The notes beneath the pieces are model-generated. The model ran no database searches, was not told the DNA's origin, and saw only the letters and a program-made list of their open reading frames with translations. Positions 1 through 8,952 of a stretch of DNA of 32,317 nucleotides are shown here, piece by piece. The stretch's first letter is position 1, and every line of letters begins with the position of its first letter. The stretch comes from Caulobacteraceae bacterium. GTDB taxonomy: Bacteria > Pseudomonadota > Alphaproteobacteria > Caulobacterales > Caulobacteraceae. Location of the stretch: NCBI GenBank assembly GCA_947452665.1, contig CANGEH010000001.1, forward strand, positions 1 to 32,317, given 5' to 3'. Position numbers and translations under genes: made by a program.

Positions 1-533
1 ATAAACCGGCCGGTCAGCATCAGTTCAGACGCTACCGACACCCCAACCAGTCTTGGCAAGAAATAGGACACGCCAATATCGCAGGCCGATAGGCCAATAC
101 GGATAAAGGCGGCATTCATGCGCGCGCTTTCACCGGCAATGCGAATGTCAGACGCCAGCGCAATCGCAAAGCCGCCGCCGCAGGCTGGGCCATGCACCAA
201 AGAGATAATGGCCTGCTGACAACGGCGCATCCGCATGACGATCTCGGAAATGCGCCTTTGGCTTAAAAGCCCGGCTGAGGGTCCGCGTTTGGCATTGTCG
301 CCAGGCTGGGCGGTCTGGTTTTCCTTAATATCGAGACCGGCGCAAAACGCCCGGCCCGCGCCCTTTAAGACGACAATCCGCGTGGTGCGGTCAAAATAGA
401 GCCCGCCGAAATAGTCGAGCAGATCGTCGACCATCTGATTATTCAGCGTATTGAGGGCGTCTGGCCGGTTGAAGGTGACGTGATCAACCGCCCCGTCTTT
501 TTCGATCAGCAGGGTCTTATAGGGCGCGGGCAT
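1..533 (-). CDS. enoyl-CoA hydratase/isomerase (crotonase) family protein, 3' end cut by window edge
   Basis: It is absent from the ORF track because it runs off the window. My reverse-complement translation from the ATG at 533 reads MPAPYKTLLIEKDGAVDHVTFNRPDALNTL...VLKGAGRAFCAGLDIK...LVHGPACGGGFAIALASDIRIA, which are typical crotonase-fold motifs. It starts 15 nt after the upstream ACAD stop. Confidence 0.85.
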   Translation of the reverse strand, partial: MPAPYKTLLIEKDGAVDHVTFNRPDALNTLNNQMVDDLLDYFGGLYFDRTTRIVVLKGAGRAFCAGLDIKENQTAQPGDNAKRGPSAGLLSQRRISEIVMRMRRCQQAIISLVHGPACGGGFAIALASDIRIAGESARMNAAFIRIGLSACDIGVSYFLPRLVGVSVASELMLTGRF

Positions 534-548
534 GAGCGGTTTTGTCCT

Positions 549-1790
549 TTAAGCGGTCGGGATCTTGTTAAAGGGAAGACCCTTATCGGCGCGCATGTCT
601 TCGGGCAGGCCCAGGACGCGTTCGCCGATAATGTTGCGCAAGATCTCGTCTGTGCCGCCCTCAACCCGGGTGGCGGGCGAGCGCATCAGCTGGGCCTGGA
701 ACTTGGCGCCCATGGCCGCCAGCTTTGGATCAGCAATCACGCCGGCCTGACCCTGAAGGTCCAGCGCAAACATGGCAATCTCCTGCAGGCTGGAACCCGC
801 GACCAGCTTGCCGATCGAGTTTTCAGGCCCGGGCGTCTCACCGCGCGAAAGGGCCGAAATGGCCCGCATGCCGGTATATTTCAGCCCGCTTTGACGGCAG
901 GCCCAGTCGGCCAGCTTGGCGCGCACGCCGCGATCATTGATGGCTAGGCTGCCGTCGCTCAGTTCCAGTTCCTTGCAGAACTCGAAAATGTCGGGAAAGC
1001 CCGCGCTCATGCCTGAGCCAATCGATAGGCGCTCATTCATCAAGGTGGTTAGCGACACCTTCCAGCCGTCATTGACCGCGCCAAGGCGCTGGCTGTCGGG
1101 CAGGCGGACATTGTCGAAATAGACCTCGTTAAAGCCAGACTGGCCATTGGCCTGCTTGATCGGGACAATGCGCACGCCGGGTGTATCCATGCGCAGATAG
1201 AACATGGTCAGGCCCTTATGCTTGGGCGCGTCTGGGTCGGTGCGGGTAATGACAATGCCATATTGCGAATAATGCGCGCCGCTGGTCCAGATCTTCTGGC
1301 CATTGATCACCCAGTCATCGCCGTCCTTTTCCGCCTTGGTGCGCAGACCCGCCAGGTCCGAGCCACCGGCGGGCTCAGAAAACAGCTGGCACCAGATTTC
1401 TTCGCCGGAGGCAAGCGGCGGCAGGCGCTTGGTCTTGGTCTCTTCGTCGGCCCAATCCATGACGGTGGGGCCGCACATGCCGTGGCCAATGATGAAGGTG
1501 CCTGACAGCGCGCCATAGGGGCCTTCTTCCTGACCCCAGATCACCCGCTCGATCGGGGTTGCGCCGCGGCCGCCATAGGCTTTTGGCCAATGCAGACAGG
1601 CCCAGCCGGCCTCATACTTCTTTTTTTGCCAAGCCTTGGCCTCTTGCATGGGATCAAGGCCGTCCAGCTCTATGCCGCCAAACCCGGCTTTTTCCAGGTG
1701 GGGCAAAAGATGACGCGGACCATTGGCGCTGATCCAGGCCCGGGCCTCGGCGCGAAAGGCGGCTTCTTGTGGTGTGTCGTCGAAATTCAT
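549..1790 (-). CDS. acyl-CoA dehydrogenase (catalytic-Glu-bearing subunit)
   Basis: 413-aa ORF. The ACAD fold is recognisable (GLTMFYL, INGQKIWTSGA). The C-terminal VEGGTDEILRNII matches the YEGT.EI catalytic-base motif. AAGGA sits upstream of the ATG at 1790. Confidence 0.9.
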   Translation of the reverse strand: MNFDDTPQEAAFRAEARAWISANGPRHLLPHLEKAGFGGIELDGLDPMQEAKAWQKKKYEAGWACLHWPKAYGGRGATPIERVIWGQEEGPYGALSGTFIIGHGMCGPTVMDWADEETKTKRLPPLASGEEIWCQLFSEPAGGSDLAGLRTKAEKDGDDWVINGQKIWTSGAHYSQYGIVITRTDPDAPKHKGLTMFYLRMDTPGVRIVPIKQANGQSGFNEVYFDNVRLPDSQRLGAVNDGWKVSLTTLMNERLSIGSGMSAGFPDIFEFCKELELSDGSLAINDRGVRAKLADWACRQSGLKYTGMRAISALSRGETPGPENSIGKLVAGSSLQEIAMFALDLQGQAGVIADPKLAAMGAKFQAQLMRSPATRVEGGTDEILRNIIGERVLGLPEDMRADKGLPFNKIPTA

Positions 1791-1818
1791 GATCTGGGTC
1801 CTTGTCTCAATGGTCCGG

Positions 1819-2946
1819 TTAGGCAGCGTTCTTGGCGCGCAGCCGGTCGATTAGCTTGTCTTCCCACTCATTTTGGCCGCCAAGCGTCAGGGCCAAAAGA
1901 TTGGAGCGGCGGTAAAACAGGTGGCAGTCCATGGCCCAGGTAAAGCCCATGCCGCCATGCACCTGGATATTGTTCTTGGCACAGTGCTGGAACGCCTTGG
2001 TGGCGCTGACCCGCACGGTAGCGGCGGCTTCGCCCAGATCGGCTGAGCCGGTCGAGAGGGCATAGGCACCAAAATAGCCATTGGAGCGGGCTAGGGTGGC
2101 CGAGACATACATGTCAGCCAGCATATGCTTGATGGCCTGGAAGGACCCGATCGCCCGGCCAAAGGCAAAGCGTTGCAGGGCATAGTCCCTGGCCATTTCC
2201 AGAGCCCGATCCGCGCCGCCAATCTGCTCAAACCCGGTCAAGATCGCCGCCCGGTCGAGCGCCGCTTCATAAAGCCGCCAGCCTTCGCCTTCTGCGCCAA
2301 TCCGCTCGGCCTTGGCGCCCTTAAAGGACAGGCTGGCCTGGCTGCGCGAGGGATCAATGGTCTCTAGCACTGTGCGCTCAATGCCGGGGCCATACAGGTC
2401 CACCAGATAGAGCGACAGACCCGCCTCATCGCGTCCGGGCGCATGACGGGCCAGGACGACGGCGAGATTGGCAATATCGCCGTCCAGCACAGGCGACTTA
2501 TCCCCGGTCAAGAGGCCGCCGCTGACCTGGGTCTTGAGGGTCGAGGGCCGCCCGCCGCCCATGCCTTCAATCGCCGCTAGGGTCCCTATCACCTCGCCTG
2601 AGGCGAGCCTGGGCAACCAGGCCTTTTTTTGCGCCTCGCTTCCTGCCGCCTTGAGGATTTCAGCAACCAAAAAGATTGAGGAGGAAACGGGGACCGGCGC
2701 AATCGCCCGGCCAAGCTCTTCGGCAATGACACAAAGCTCTAGATAGCCAAGCCCAAGCCCGCCGTATTCTTCGGGGATGGCTGCGCCCAAAAAGCCCATC
2801 TCGGCCAGGCCTGCCCATAGGGCCTTATCATAGGACCCAGCGCCCTCCAGCACAGCGCGCGGCACGGTGGTGGGGCACTTGTCGGCCAGATAACGCCGCG
2901 CCTCATTGCGCAATTGCAGCTGTTCTGCAGAAAATTCAAAATCCAT
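1819..2946 (-). CDS. acyl-CoA dehydrogenase family protein (catalytic Glu position substituted)
   Basis: 375-aa ORF with ACAD motifs (EEYGGLGLGYLE, FGRAIGSFQAIKHMLADM, VHGGMGFTWA). The position equivalent to the catalytic Glu reads LTLGGQNEW. Confidence 0.88.
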   Translation of the reverse strand: MDFEFSAEQLQLRNEARRYLADKCPTTVPRAVLEGAGSYDKALWAGLAEMGFLGAAIPEEYGGLGLGYLELCVIAEELGRAIAPVPVSSSIFLVAEILKAAGSEAQKKAWLPRLASGEVIGTLAAIEGMGGGRPSTLKTQVSGGLLTGDKSPVLDGDIANLAVVLARHAPGRDEAGLSLYLVDLYGPGIERTVLETIDPSRSQASLSFKGAKAERIGAEGEGWRLYEAALDRAAILTGFEQIGGADRALEMARDYALQRFAFGRAIGSFQAIKHMLADMYVSATLARSNGYFGAYALSTGSADLGEAAATVRVSATKAFQHCAKNNIQVHGGMGFTWAMDCHLFYRRSNLLALTLGGQNEWEDKLIDRLRAKNAA

Positions 2947-3005
2947 GGCGAGGCCTTAAGCTATAGAGAAACTTGGTCATTAAAGGCCGGAGCTGGCCTA
3001 GCGGT

Positions 3006-4745
3006 TTATTCAGCAGCAAGCGCGGTGGTGGGCGCAGCTTGCGGCCCACGGATCAGACGGCCAGGCATTTGGCCGGTTTCTTGCCCGTTTTCAAAGGTCA
3101 CCACGCCGCTGACAATAGTGGCGCGATAGCCGTCGGCGCGCTGGACCATACGACGCCCATCGGCGGGCAGGTCAAACACCATTTCGGGCGGCAGGATTTT
3201 CAGCTTGTCAAAATCGATCAGATTGACATCGGCCTTCATGCCGGGCGCCAAGACGCCGCGATCATTGAGGCCATAAAGCCTGGCCGTATCTTGGGTCTGC
3301 ATCTTGACCACTTGTTCCAGCGGCAAGGTCTTGCCCCGCGAGCGGTCGCGGACCCAGTGGGTCAGCATATAGGTCGGGAAGCTGGCATCGCAGATAATGC
3401 CGCAATGCGCGCCGCCATCGGACAGGCTGAGCACCGTGGCTGGATGCTGCATCATTTCGTAAATATGGTCGAAATTGAAATGGGTGTAGTTGAGCAGGGG
3501 CAGATAGACAAAGCCGCGCCCATTTTTTTCCATCATCATGTCATAGACGATCTCGGACGGGGCACGGCCTGAGCGGGCGGCAAGCGCCGCAACGCTGTCT
3601 TCAGGCGCGGGCTCATATTCAAGCCCGTTTTCGCGCTCCAGCCGGAACATACGGTCAAAGCCTTGGGTCAGGATCATGGCCAGCACATTCAGCTCGCGCG
3701 GCTTGGAGGCCAGAATTTCCGCCTTCACCGCGGGATCACGCAGCTTTTCCAGCCGCTGCTCAAACGGCAGGCCCGCCAAGGCCTGATAGGCCTCATTGGC
3801 GATAAAGGGATGCACCGTGCTTTGCCAGCCCAGAACCATGCCGGTTGGCCGGCAAGCGATCTGGGCCGTGACATTAGCGCCTTCCTTGCGGGCCTGATCG
3901 GTCAGGTCCAGCATGTGCCGCCACTTATCGGCCTCGATCGGCGATTGCAGCAGGGCATAGGTCACCGGCAGGCCGGTCTCAGCCGACAGGTCCTTCATCC
4001 AGTTAAATTCGTCTTCGGCGGGTGTCATGTCCGAGGCCATTTCGAACACGCCGTGCCCTGCCTCGCCCAGGGCCCGGCCAATACCCATCAGTTCGGCCCG
4101 ATTGGCAAAGGTGCCGGGCACAGGCTCGCCGTCCTTGGCCAGGTGCAGCATGGTGCGCGAGGTGGAAAAGCCAAGGGCGCCGGCCTCGACGCCCTCACGG
4201 ACAATCTTGGCCATGGCGGCAATATCATCATCATTGGCTGCCTCATTTCGCGCCCCGCGCTCGCCCATCACATAGGCCCGGACCGAACCATGCGGCACCT
4301 GGGTGGCGACATCTAGAACCCGGGTCTGGCGCTCCAGGCTGTCCATATATTCAGGGAAGGTTTCCCAGTCCCACTTGATGCCTTCAGCCAGGGCAGAGCC
4401 TGGAATGTCTTCCACCCCCTCCATCAGGGCGATCAGCCAGTCATGGCTATCTGGCCGGGCCGGGGCAAAGCCGACGCCGCAATTGCCCATGATCACGGTG
4501 GTGACCCCGTGCCAACATGAGGGTGACAACAGCTTGTCCCAGGTCACCTGGCCATCATAATGGGTATGGATATCGACCCAGCCGGGCGTGACCAGCAGGC
4601 CCCCCGCATCAATCTCGCGCTTGCCAGACTGGGTGACTGTGCCGACCAATGTGACCAGCCCGCCATCAATGGCAATATCAGCGAGGCGCGGCACAGAGCC
4701 CGTGCCATCGACCACGGTCCCGCCGCGGATCACCAGATCATGCAT
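3006..4745 (-). CDS. amidohydrolase, N-acyl-D-amino-acid deacylase (D-aminoacylase) family
   Basis: N-terminus MHDLVIRGGTVVDGTG...IDAGGLLVTPGWVDIHTHYDGQ is the metal-binding HxH signature of this family. GGAGG lies 9 nt before the ATG at 4745. The ORF track starts 2 codons earlier, at 4751. Confidence 0.85.
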   Translation of the reverse strand: MHDLVIRGGTVVDGTGSVPRLADIAIDGGLVTLVGTVTQSGKREIDAGGLLVTPGWVDIHTHYDGQVTWDKLLSPSCWHGVTTVIMGNCGVGFAPARPDSHDWLIALMEGVEDIPGSALAEGIKWDWETFPEYMDSLERQTRVLDVATQVPHGSVRAYVMGERGARNEAANDDDIAAMAKIVREGVEAGALGFSTSRTMLHLAKDGEPVPGTFANRAELMGIGRALGEAGHGVFEMASDMTPAEDEFNWMKDLSAETGLPVTYALLQSPIEADKWRHMLDLTDQARKEGANVTAQIACRPTGMVLGWQSTVHPFIANEAYQALAGLPFEQRLEKLRDPAVKAEILASKPRELNVLAMILTQGFDRMFRLERENGLEYEPAPEDSVAALAARSGRAPSEIVYDMMMEKNGRGFVYLPLLNYTHFNFDHIYEMMQHPATVLSLSDGGAHCGIICDASFPTYMLTHWVRDRSRGKTLPLEQVVKMQTQDTARLYGLNDRGVLAPGMKADVNLIDFDKLKILPPEMVFDLPADGRRMVQRADGYRATIVSGVVTFENGQETGQMPGRLIRGPQAAPTTALAAE

Positions 4746-4899
4746 GCCCATATCCTCCCAAGGTCTTATATTTTCTTAGATGATAGGCGCGCTGCGCGCT
4801 CTGGCAATAGGAATATTGCCATTGATAACCTAGCCCTTACGTCACGCCCGGGCACGATCTTGCGCGTGTGCCCGGGTTTGGACCTTGAGGCTTATGGCC

Positions 4900-6195
4900 T
4901 TACGCAGCGGCCAATAGGGCCTGGTCCAGATCGGCTAGGATGTCGTCAATATGCTCGATCCCGATCGATAGGCGCACATAGCCGGGCGAAACGCCGCTGG
5001 CCAATTGCTCTTCAGCCGATAATTGCGAGTGGGTGGTGGTGGCGGGGTGAATGGCCAGGCTGCGCGCATCGCCAATATTGGCGACATGATAGAACAGCTT
5101 GAGGCTATCAATAAACCGCCGCCCGGCCTCGCGCCCACCGGCCAATTCAAACCCAACCAGGCCGCCATAGCCGCCCTTGAGATAGCGGTCTGCCCGTTCG
5201 CGCTGCAGGCCGGTCTGAAGGGAGGGGTGAATGACCTTGGAGACTTCTGGCCGCTTGGCCAAAAACTGCGCTACGGCCGCGGCATTCTTGCAGTGCTGGG
5301 CCATGCGCAGGGGCAGGGTCTCGAGGCCTTGCAAGATCTGGAAGGCATTAAACGGCGACAGGGCCGAGCCCAGATCGCGCAGCATCACCACCCGCGCCCG
5401 GATAATATAGGCAATCGGACCCATGGGCTTGACCGCCTCGGTCCAGACCGCGCCGTGATAGCTGCGGTCCGGCGTATTGAGCAGGGGCTGGCGCTCTGGC
5501 TTGGCCGCCCAGTCTAGATTGCCGCCATCGACAATCATGCCGCCAATCGAGGTGCCATGACCGCCAATATATTTGGTCGTCGAATAGACCACGACCGCGG
5601 CTCCATGATCGAGCGGGCGGCACAAGAGCGGCGCGGCGGTGTTATCGACAATCAGGGGAATGCCGTATTCGCGACCAATCGCGGCCACCTCGGCAATCGG
5701 GAACACGCTGAGCTTGGGGTTTGGCAGGGTCTCGGCATAATAGGCGCGGGTGCGGTCATCCGTGGCCTTGCGAAAGGCTTCTGGATCGGTCGGATCGACA
5801 AACCGCACCTCGATGCCAAAATCGCGCAAGGTATTGGCAAACAGGTTCCAGGTGCCGCCATAAAGGTCGGTCGAGCTGACAATATTATCGCCGCTGCGCG
5901 CTAAGTTCTGGATCGCCAGCGCCGTTGCCGCCTGACCCGAAGACACGGCCAGGGCCGCAACCCCGCCCTCTAGCGCGGCAATGCGCTGTTCCAATATGTC
6001 GGTGGTGGGATTGCCAAGCCGGGTATAGATATTGCCGAGCTCCGTCAGGGAAAACAGATTGGCCGCATGCTCGGAATCGCGGAACTGATAAGACGTGGTC
6101 TGATAGATGGGCGGCGCAACCGACCCCGTCGCCGGATCGGCCCGCCAGCCCGCATGCAGGGCCAAGGTCTCAGGATGCAATTTGCGCTCAGTCAT
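4900..6195 (-). CDS. metY: O-acetylhomoserine sulfhydrylase (PLP-dependent Cys/Met metabolism family)
   Basis: 431 aa. TLALHAGWRADPATGSVAPPIYQTTSYQF and YSTTKYIGGHGTSIGG (the PLP lysine region) are typical of MetY/OAH sulfhydrylase. GGAG lies upstream of the ATG. Confidence 0.85.
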   Translation of the reverse strand: MTERKLHPETLALHAGWRADPATGSVAPPIYQTTSYQFRDSEHAANLFSLTELGNIYTRLGNPTTDILEQRIAALEGGVAALAVSSGQAATALAIQNLARSGDNIVSSTDLYGGTWNLFANTLRDFGIEVRFVDPTDPEAFRKATDDRTRAYYAETLPNPKLSVFPIAEVAAIGREYGIPLIVDNTAAPLLCRPLDHGAAVVVYSTTKYIGGHGTSIGGMIVDGGNLDWAAKPERQPLLNTPDRSYHGAVWTEAVKPMGPIAYIIRARVVMLRDLGSALSPFNAFQILQGLETLPLRMAQHCKNAAAVAQFLAKRPEVSKVIHPSLQTGLQRERADRYLKGGYGGLVGFELAGGREAGRRFIDSLKLFYHVANIGDARSLAIHPATTTHSQLSAEEQLASGVSPGYVRLSIGIEHIDDILADLDQALLAAA

Positions 6196-6346
6196 GACGT
6201 GTCACTCCGCGTAAGGCTGGGGCCGCCCAGGGGCGACAAGATCGATCACCCATTAAATCGCTGTTGAGCGGAAAGGCTAGGGCTAACTGGCTGAGTGCCC
6301 GTGGCCCAGACCAATCACCCTCACGCATTCGGCCCAAAAGTCCCAT

Positions 6347-6781
6347 TCACATCATCCGCCACAACTTGACGGCTGTATAATAGAGCGCGGCCGAGCCGAT
6401 GATGATCAGAAGCAAGATGGAGGCATTCACCTCGGGGGCGTGGCCCATCTCGGCCAAGAAGACCCATGGCGCACCAATGGCGAAACCGACATGCAGGCCG
6501 ACCGTGTTGGCCCAGAGGTTGTCCTTGACCTCGACCTCATCGACCCATCGGTAGAACCAGGCCGAAAAGACCGCAATCAGCAGGGCGGCGAGTGCGGCCA
6601 GTGACCAAGCCGTCACGGGCATGAACTTCAATGCGCCCCCCTTAGACATGACCATGCCAACACCCACGGCCGAACCCAAAAGCAGGCTGAGCACAATGAT
6701 GGTATAGATGATCCGGCGCCGATTAGGCGCGCGGACATCTTTACCAGACTCAAGGCGCGAAGAAGGATCGATATCAGTCAT
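6347..6781 (-). CDS. small integral membrane protein (about 4 TM segments), partner of the XRE regulator
   Basis: Hydrophobic segments IIYTIIVLSLLLGSAVGVGMV, AWSLAALAALLIAVFSAWF, VGLHVGFAIGAPWVFL and ILLLIIIGSAALYYT. GGAG precedes the ATG at 6781. The ORF track's start at 6802 would overlap the regulator stop as TGATG. Confidence 0.7.
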   Translation of the reverse strand: MTDIDPSSRLESGKDVRAPNRRRIIYTIIVLSLLLGSAVGVGMVMSKGGALKFMPVTAWSLAALAALLIAVFSAWFYRWVDEVEVKDNLWANTVGLHVGFAIGAPWVFLAEMGHAPEVNASILLLIIIGSAALYYTAVKLWRMM

Positions 6782-6801
6782 GGCTCTTTCTCCAAGGGGC
6801 A

Positions 6802-7002
6802 TCAGTCCCGGGGTTGGTCGGTGAAAACTTGTTCGACCGAGAGGTCGAAGAGGCGCGCAATTAGAAAGGCAAGGCTGAGTGAGGGGTCGTGCTTACCGGT
6901 CTCGATGGCATTGACCGCTTGGCGTGAGACGTTGAGGCGATAAGCCAGTTCCGCCTGGGTCCAGCCCCGCTCCGCCCTTAGGAGTCTCAATCGGTTGTGC
7001 AT
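6802..7002 (-). CDS. XRE-family helix-turn-helix transcriptional regulator (66 aa)
   Basis: RLRLLRAERGWTQAELAYRLNVSRQAVNAIETGKHDPSLSLAFLIARLF is a classic Cro/C1-type HTH. Confidence 0.9.
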   Translation of the reverse strand: MHNRLRLLRAERGWTQAELAYRLNVSRQAVNAIETGKHDPSLSLAFLIARLFDLSVEQVFTDQPRD

Positions 7003-7014
7003 GCTGCGCCGCCT

Positions 7015-7080
7015 AATGTCAGGTTATACTGACAAAATGTCAGGCAAGAAAGACAATGTCAAGTCAGCCTGACATTGTCA
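7015..7080. promoter_or_regulatory. candidate operator array: nested inverted repeats built on TGTCA/TGACA
   Basis: TGTCAG-N6-CTGACA at 7017-7034. ATGTCAGGC (7037-7045) pairs with GCCTGACAT (7067-7075). GACAATGTCA (7052-7061) pairs with TGACATTGTC (7070-7079). The array starts 13 nt upstream of the XRE start codon. Confidence 0.5.
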
Positions 7081-7362
7081 TAGGATCGCGCAGCTAAGGC
7101 CCCCGAATTCACCTCCGCCCATCCGGCCCAAACGCCGCATAAATCTGGGGCAGGCGCGATCAAGGTGGTGATTCACTCACGCCAGGGTGTGTTAGGCGAC
7201 CGCCCGACGACCATGCCTTCGGCAGGTCAATTGCGTCCGGTTGTCACATCCGCAAGCGAAGCCGCTCCCTTTCACGTCGAAATACGCTAAGGGCTGAGTC
7301 TATCAAGGTCGTCATCCAAATCTTTCGCTAGTTCGTCTGGCGCTAGACACCGGCCCCCAGCC

Positions 7363-8952
7363 TCACCTGCGGACGAGCCAGCCATTGGGGTTATAGGTGG
7401 CATTATGGCCGTAAAAGTCGCACAGATCGGTATCGAGCTTATAATCCCCGCCTTCGCGGGCTAGGAAATCGCTAACCGCGCGGTTGGGCCCATTATCATA
7501 GGTGTCATAATGGCTATCGCTCAGGTGCAAGACGACGCCGTCCTCGACCACCATGTGATCGCCCGGCTGCAGTCTTGTGTGGAAAAACTCCAAAACGGCG
7601 CAGGTGTGTTGGTAAAGGTGGCTTGAATCCTCCACAACCAACCAGGGGCGCGGGCAGGCTTCAAGAAGCTCTGGTGTCAGGACGGCGCCGAGATCGGCCG
7701 CATCTCCGGTTAGCACCCTAATGCGCGCGTCGCTATAGTCCACCTCCGGTGCAATATCGACGGTCAGAACGCGCGGGTCTGGGTGGCCGTGAGCGGTCAT
7801 CATGTCCGCAAACCATAAGGCCGACCCACCAAACCGGCAGCCAATCTCAATCACTGTTCCAGGGCATTGATTTGAAAACAGCTGCAGATAAAGCCCGACA
7901 TCAAACGGACTTTTGAGAAATTTTACACCGCGATAATGCGAGTTCAGCACCCCTTTTTGCACGGCATTGACCACCTTGCTTGGCAATATGGTCGAGAAAT
8001 CGCGCGGCCCGCCAACACTTTCGACCGGTGCGGCTGGGGTGTGGTGGCGCACCGGCCCTTCGCCCCGCGCGCGCTCAAGGGCGGTTTGCAGCGAGGGCAA
8101 AATCTTGGCGTGCGGACGACCAAACAGGGTGGGCATGAGGCTCGGCGGCGCAAATGGCTGGCCGCGAATGGCGACATATTCATCGTGAAACGCCTCCCAG
8201 GGCGATTGTTTGGCATTGGTGGCGACACCGCCATGCACCTGATGAAAGGTCGCCTCGCCAAGCAATAGGACCACCTCATTGCGCGTGTCTTCGCAAAGCC
8301 TGCGCCAAAGATCGAGATTGGCCAGGCCGCCGCCCGGGCACTGGAATCTTGGCTCAAACCCGCCAAGCTCGCGCCAGTGGCCCCGGCTTAGGAAAAGGGC
8401 ATTGGTTTCAGCCGGCGTCATCAGCCAGCCATTTTCAGAAGAGCCCGCAAAGACGGAAATATCAAACAGGCGATAGGGGTCTTCTTCCCAGCGCACATCC
8501 GCAAGGAGTCTATCCTCGACGACTTGATTATAACCGGTCTGGATACTGCGGGCCTGCAGATCTGGCCCAATGTGAAAGGCCATGGACCCCACGACCGCTC
8601 TTGGATGTATTTTGGCGGCCTTGAGGGCAGCGGCCAAAAGTCCAGGCGAGGCCATGCGCGCGCCGTCAATCAGCACCCCAACAAGATCGCCCCGCGCCTC
8701 GGTAAGGGCTTGATTAATCGCGCCCACCGGCGACACTTGCGGATTATCCGAATGCATAAGCCGGGCATTGGGCGACCAGGAAATGACCTCTTCTGGCGTG
8801 GGCGGTCGGCCCGACCCATTATCCACGACCAGGATTTCGAAATCCTCGGCGCTAATGCCCTGTTGCAGGCTTGGCGACAGGCTCTTAATCGTTCGCGGTA
8901 ATTCGCGGGCCATTTCATAGCCGATAACAATCACGCTTAGCGGCAGGCTCAT
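7363..8952 (-). CDS. bifunctional glycosyltransferase family 2 / CmcI-type (cephalosporin hydroxylase family) methyltransferase
   Basis: N-terminus LSVIVIGYEMARELPRTIKSL...FEILVVDNGS is GT2-like. The C-terminal HYRGVKFLKSPFDVGLYLQLF...VIEIGCRFGGSALWFADM...VVEDSSH...VVEDG matches CmcI/rhamnosyl O-methyltransferase motifs. An ATGA overlap links it to the upstream gene. Confidence 0.8.
   Translation of the reverse strand: MSLPLSVIVIGYEMARELPRTIKSLSPSLQQGISAEDFEILVVDNGSGRPPTPEEVISWSPNARLMHSDNPQVSPVGAINQALTEARGDLVGVLIDGARMASPGLLAAALKAAKIHPRAVVGSMAFHIGPDLQARSIQTGYNQVVEDRLLADVRWEEDPYRLFDISVFAGSSENGWLMTPAETNALFLSRGHWRELGGFEPRFQCPGGGLANLDLWRRLCEDTRNEVVLLLGEATFHQVHGGVATNAKQSPWEAFHDEYVAIRGQPFAPPSLMPTLFGRPHAKILPSLQTALERARGEGPVRHHTPAAPVESVGGPRDFSTILPSKVVNAVQKGVLNSHYRGVKFLKSPFDVGLYLQLFSNQCPGTVIEIGCRFGGSALWFADMMTAHGHPDPRVLTVDIAPEVDYSDARIRVLTGDAADLGAVLTPELLEACPRPWLVVEDSSHLYQHTCAVLEFFHTRLQPGDHMVVEDGVVLHLSDSHYDTYDNGPNRAVSDFLAREGGDYKLDTDLCDFYGHNATYNPNGWLVRR

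Noticed and set aside
480-5102. Long plus-strand ORFs (480-947, 2973-3572, 3663-4316, 4022-4378, 4560-5102) opposite the ACAD, amidohydrolase and metY genes.
   Set aside because: They are antisense shadows typical of GC-rich DNA. Their translations are Arg/Gly/Ala/Pro-rich with no recognisable motifs. The minus-strand frames have clear family signatures and ribosome-binding sites.
6196-6346. Possible SAM-II/SAM-V riboswitch in the metY leader. The minus-strand RNA contains GCGAUUUAA, which resembles the 5' conserved segment as I remember it.
   Set aside because: The conserved AAAGCU 3' element I associate with SAM-II is absent from the leader, and I could not draw the pseudoknot. A cmsearch with RF00521 and RF01826 would settle it.
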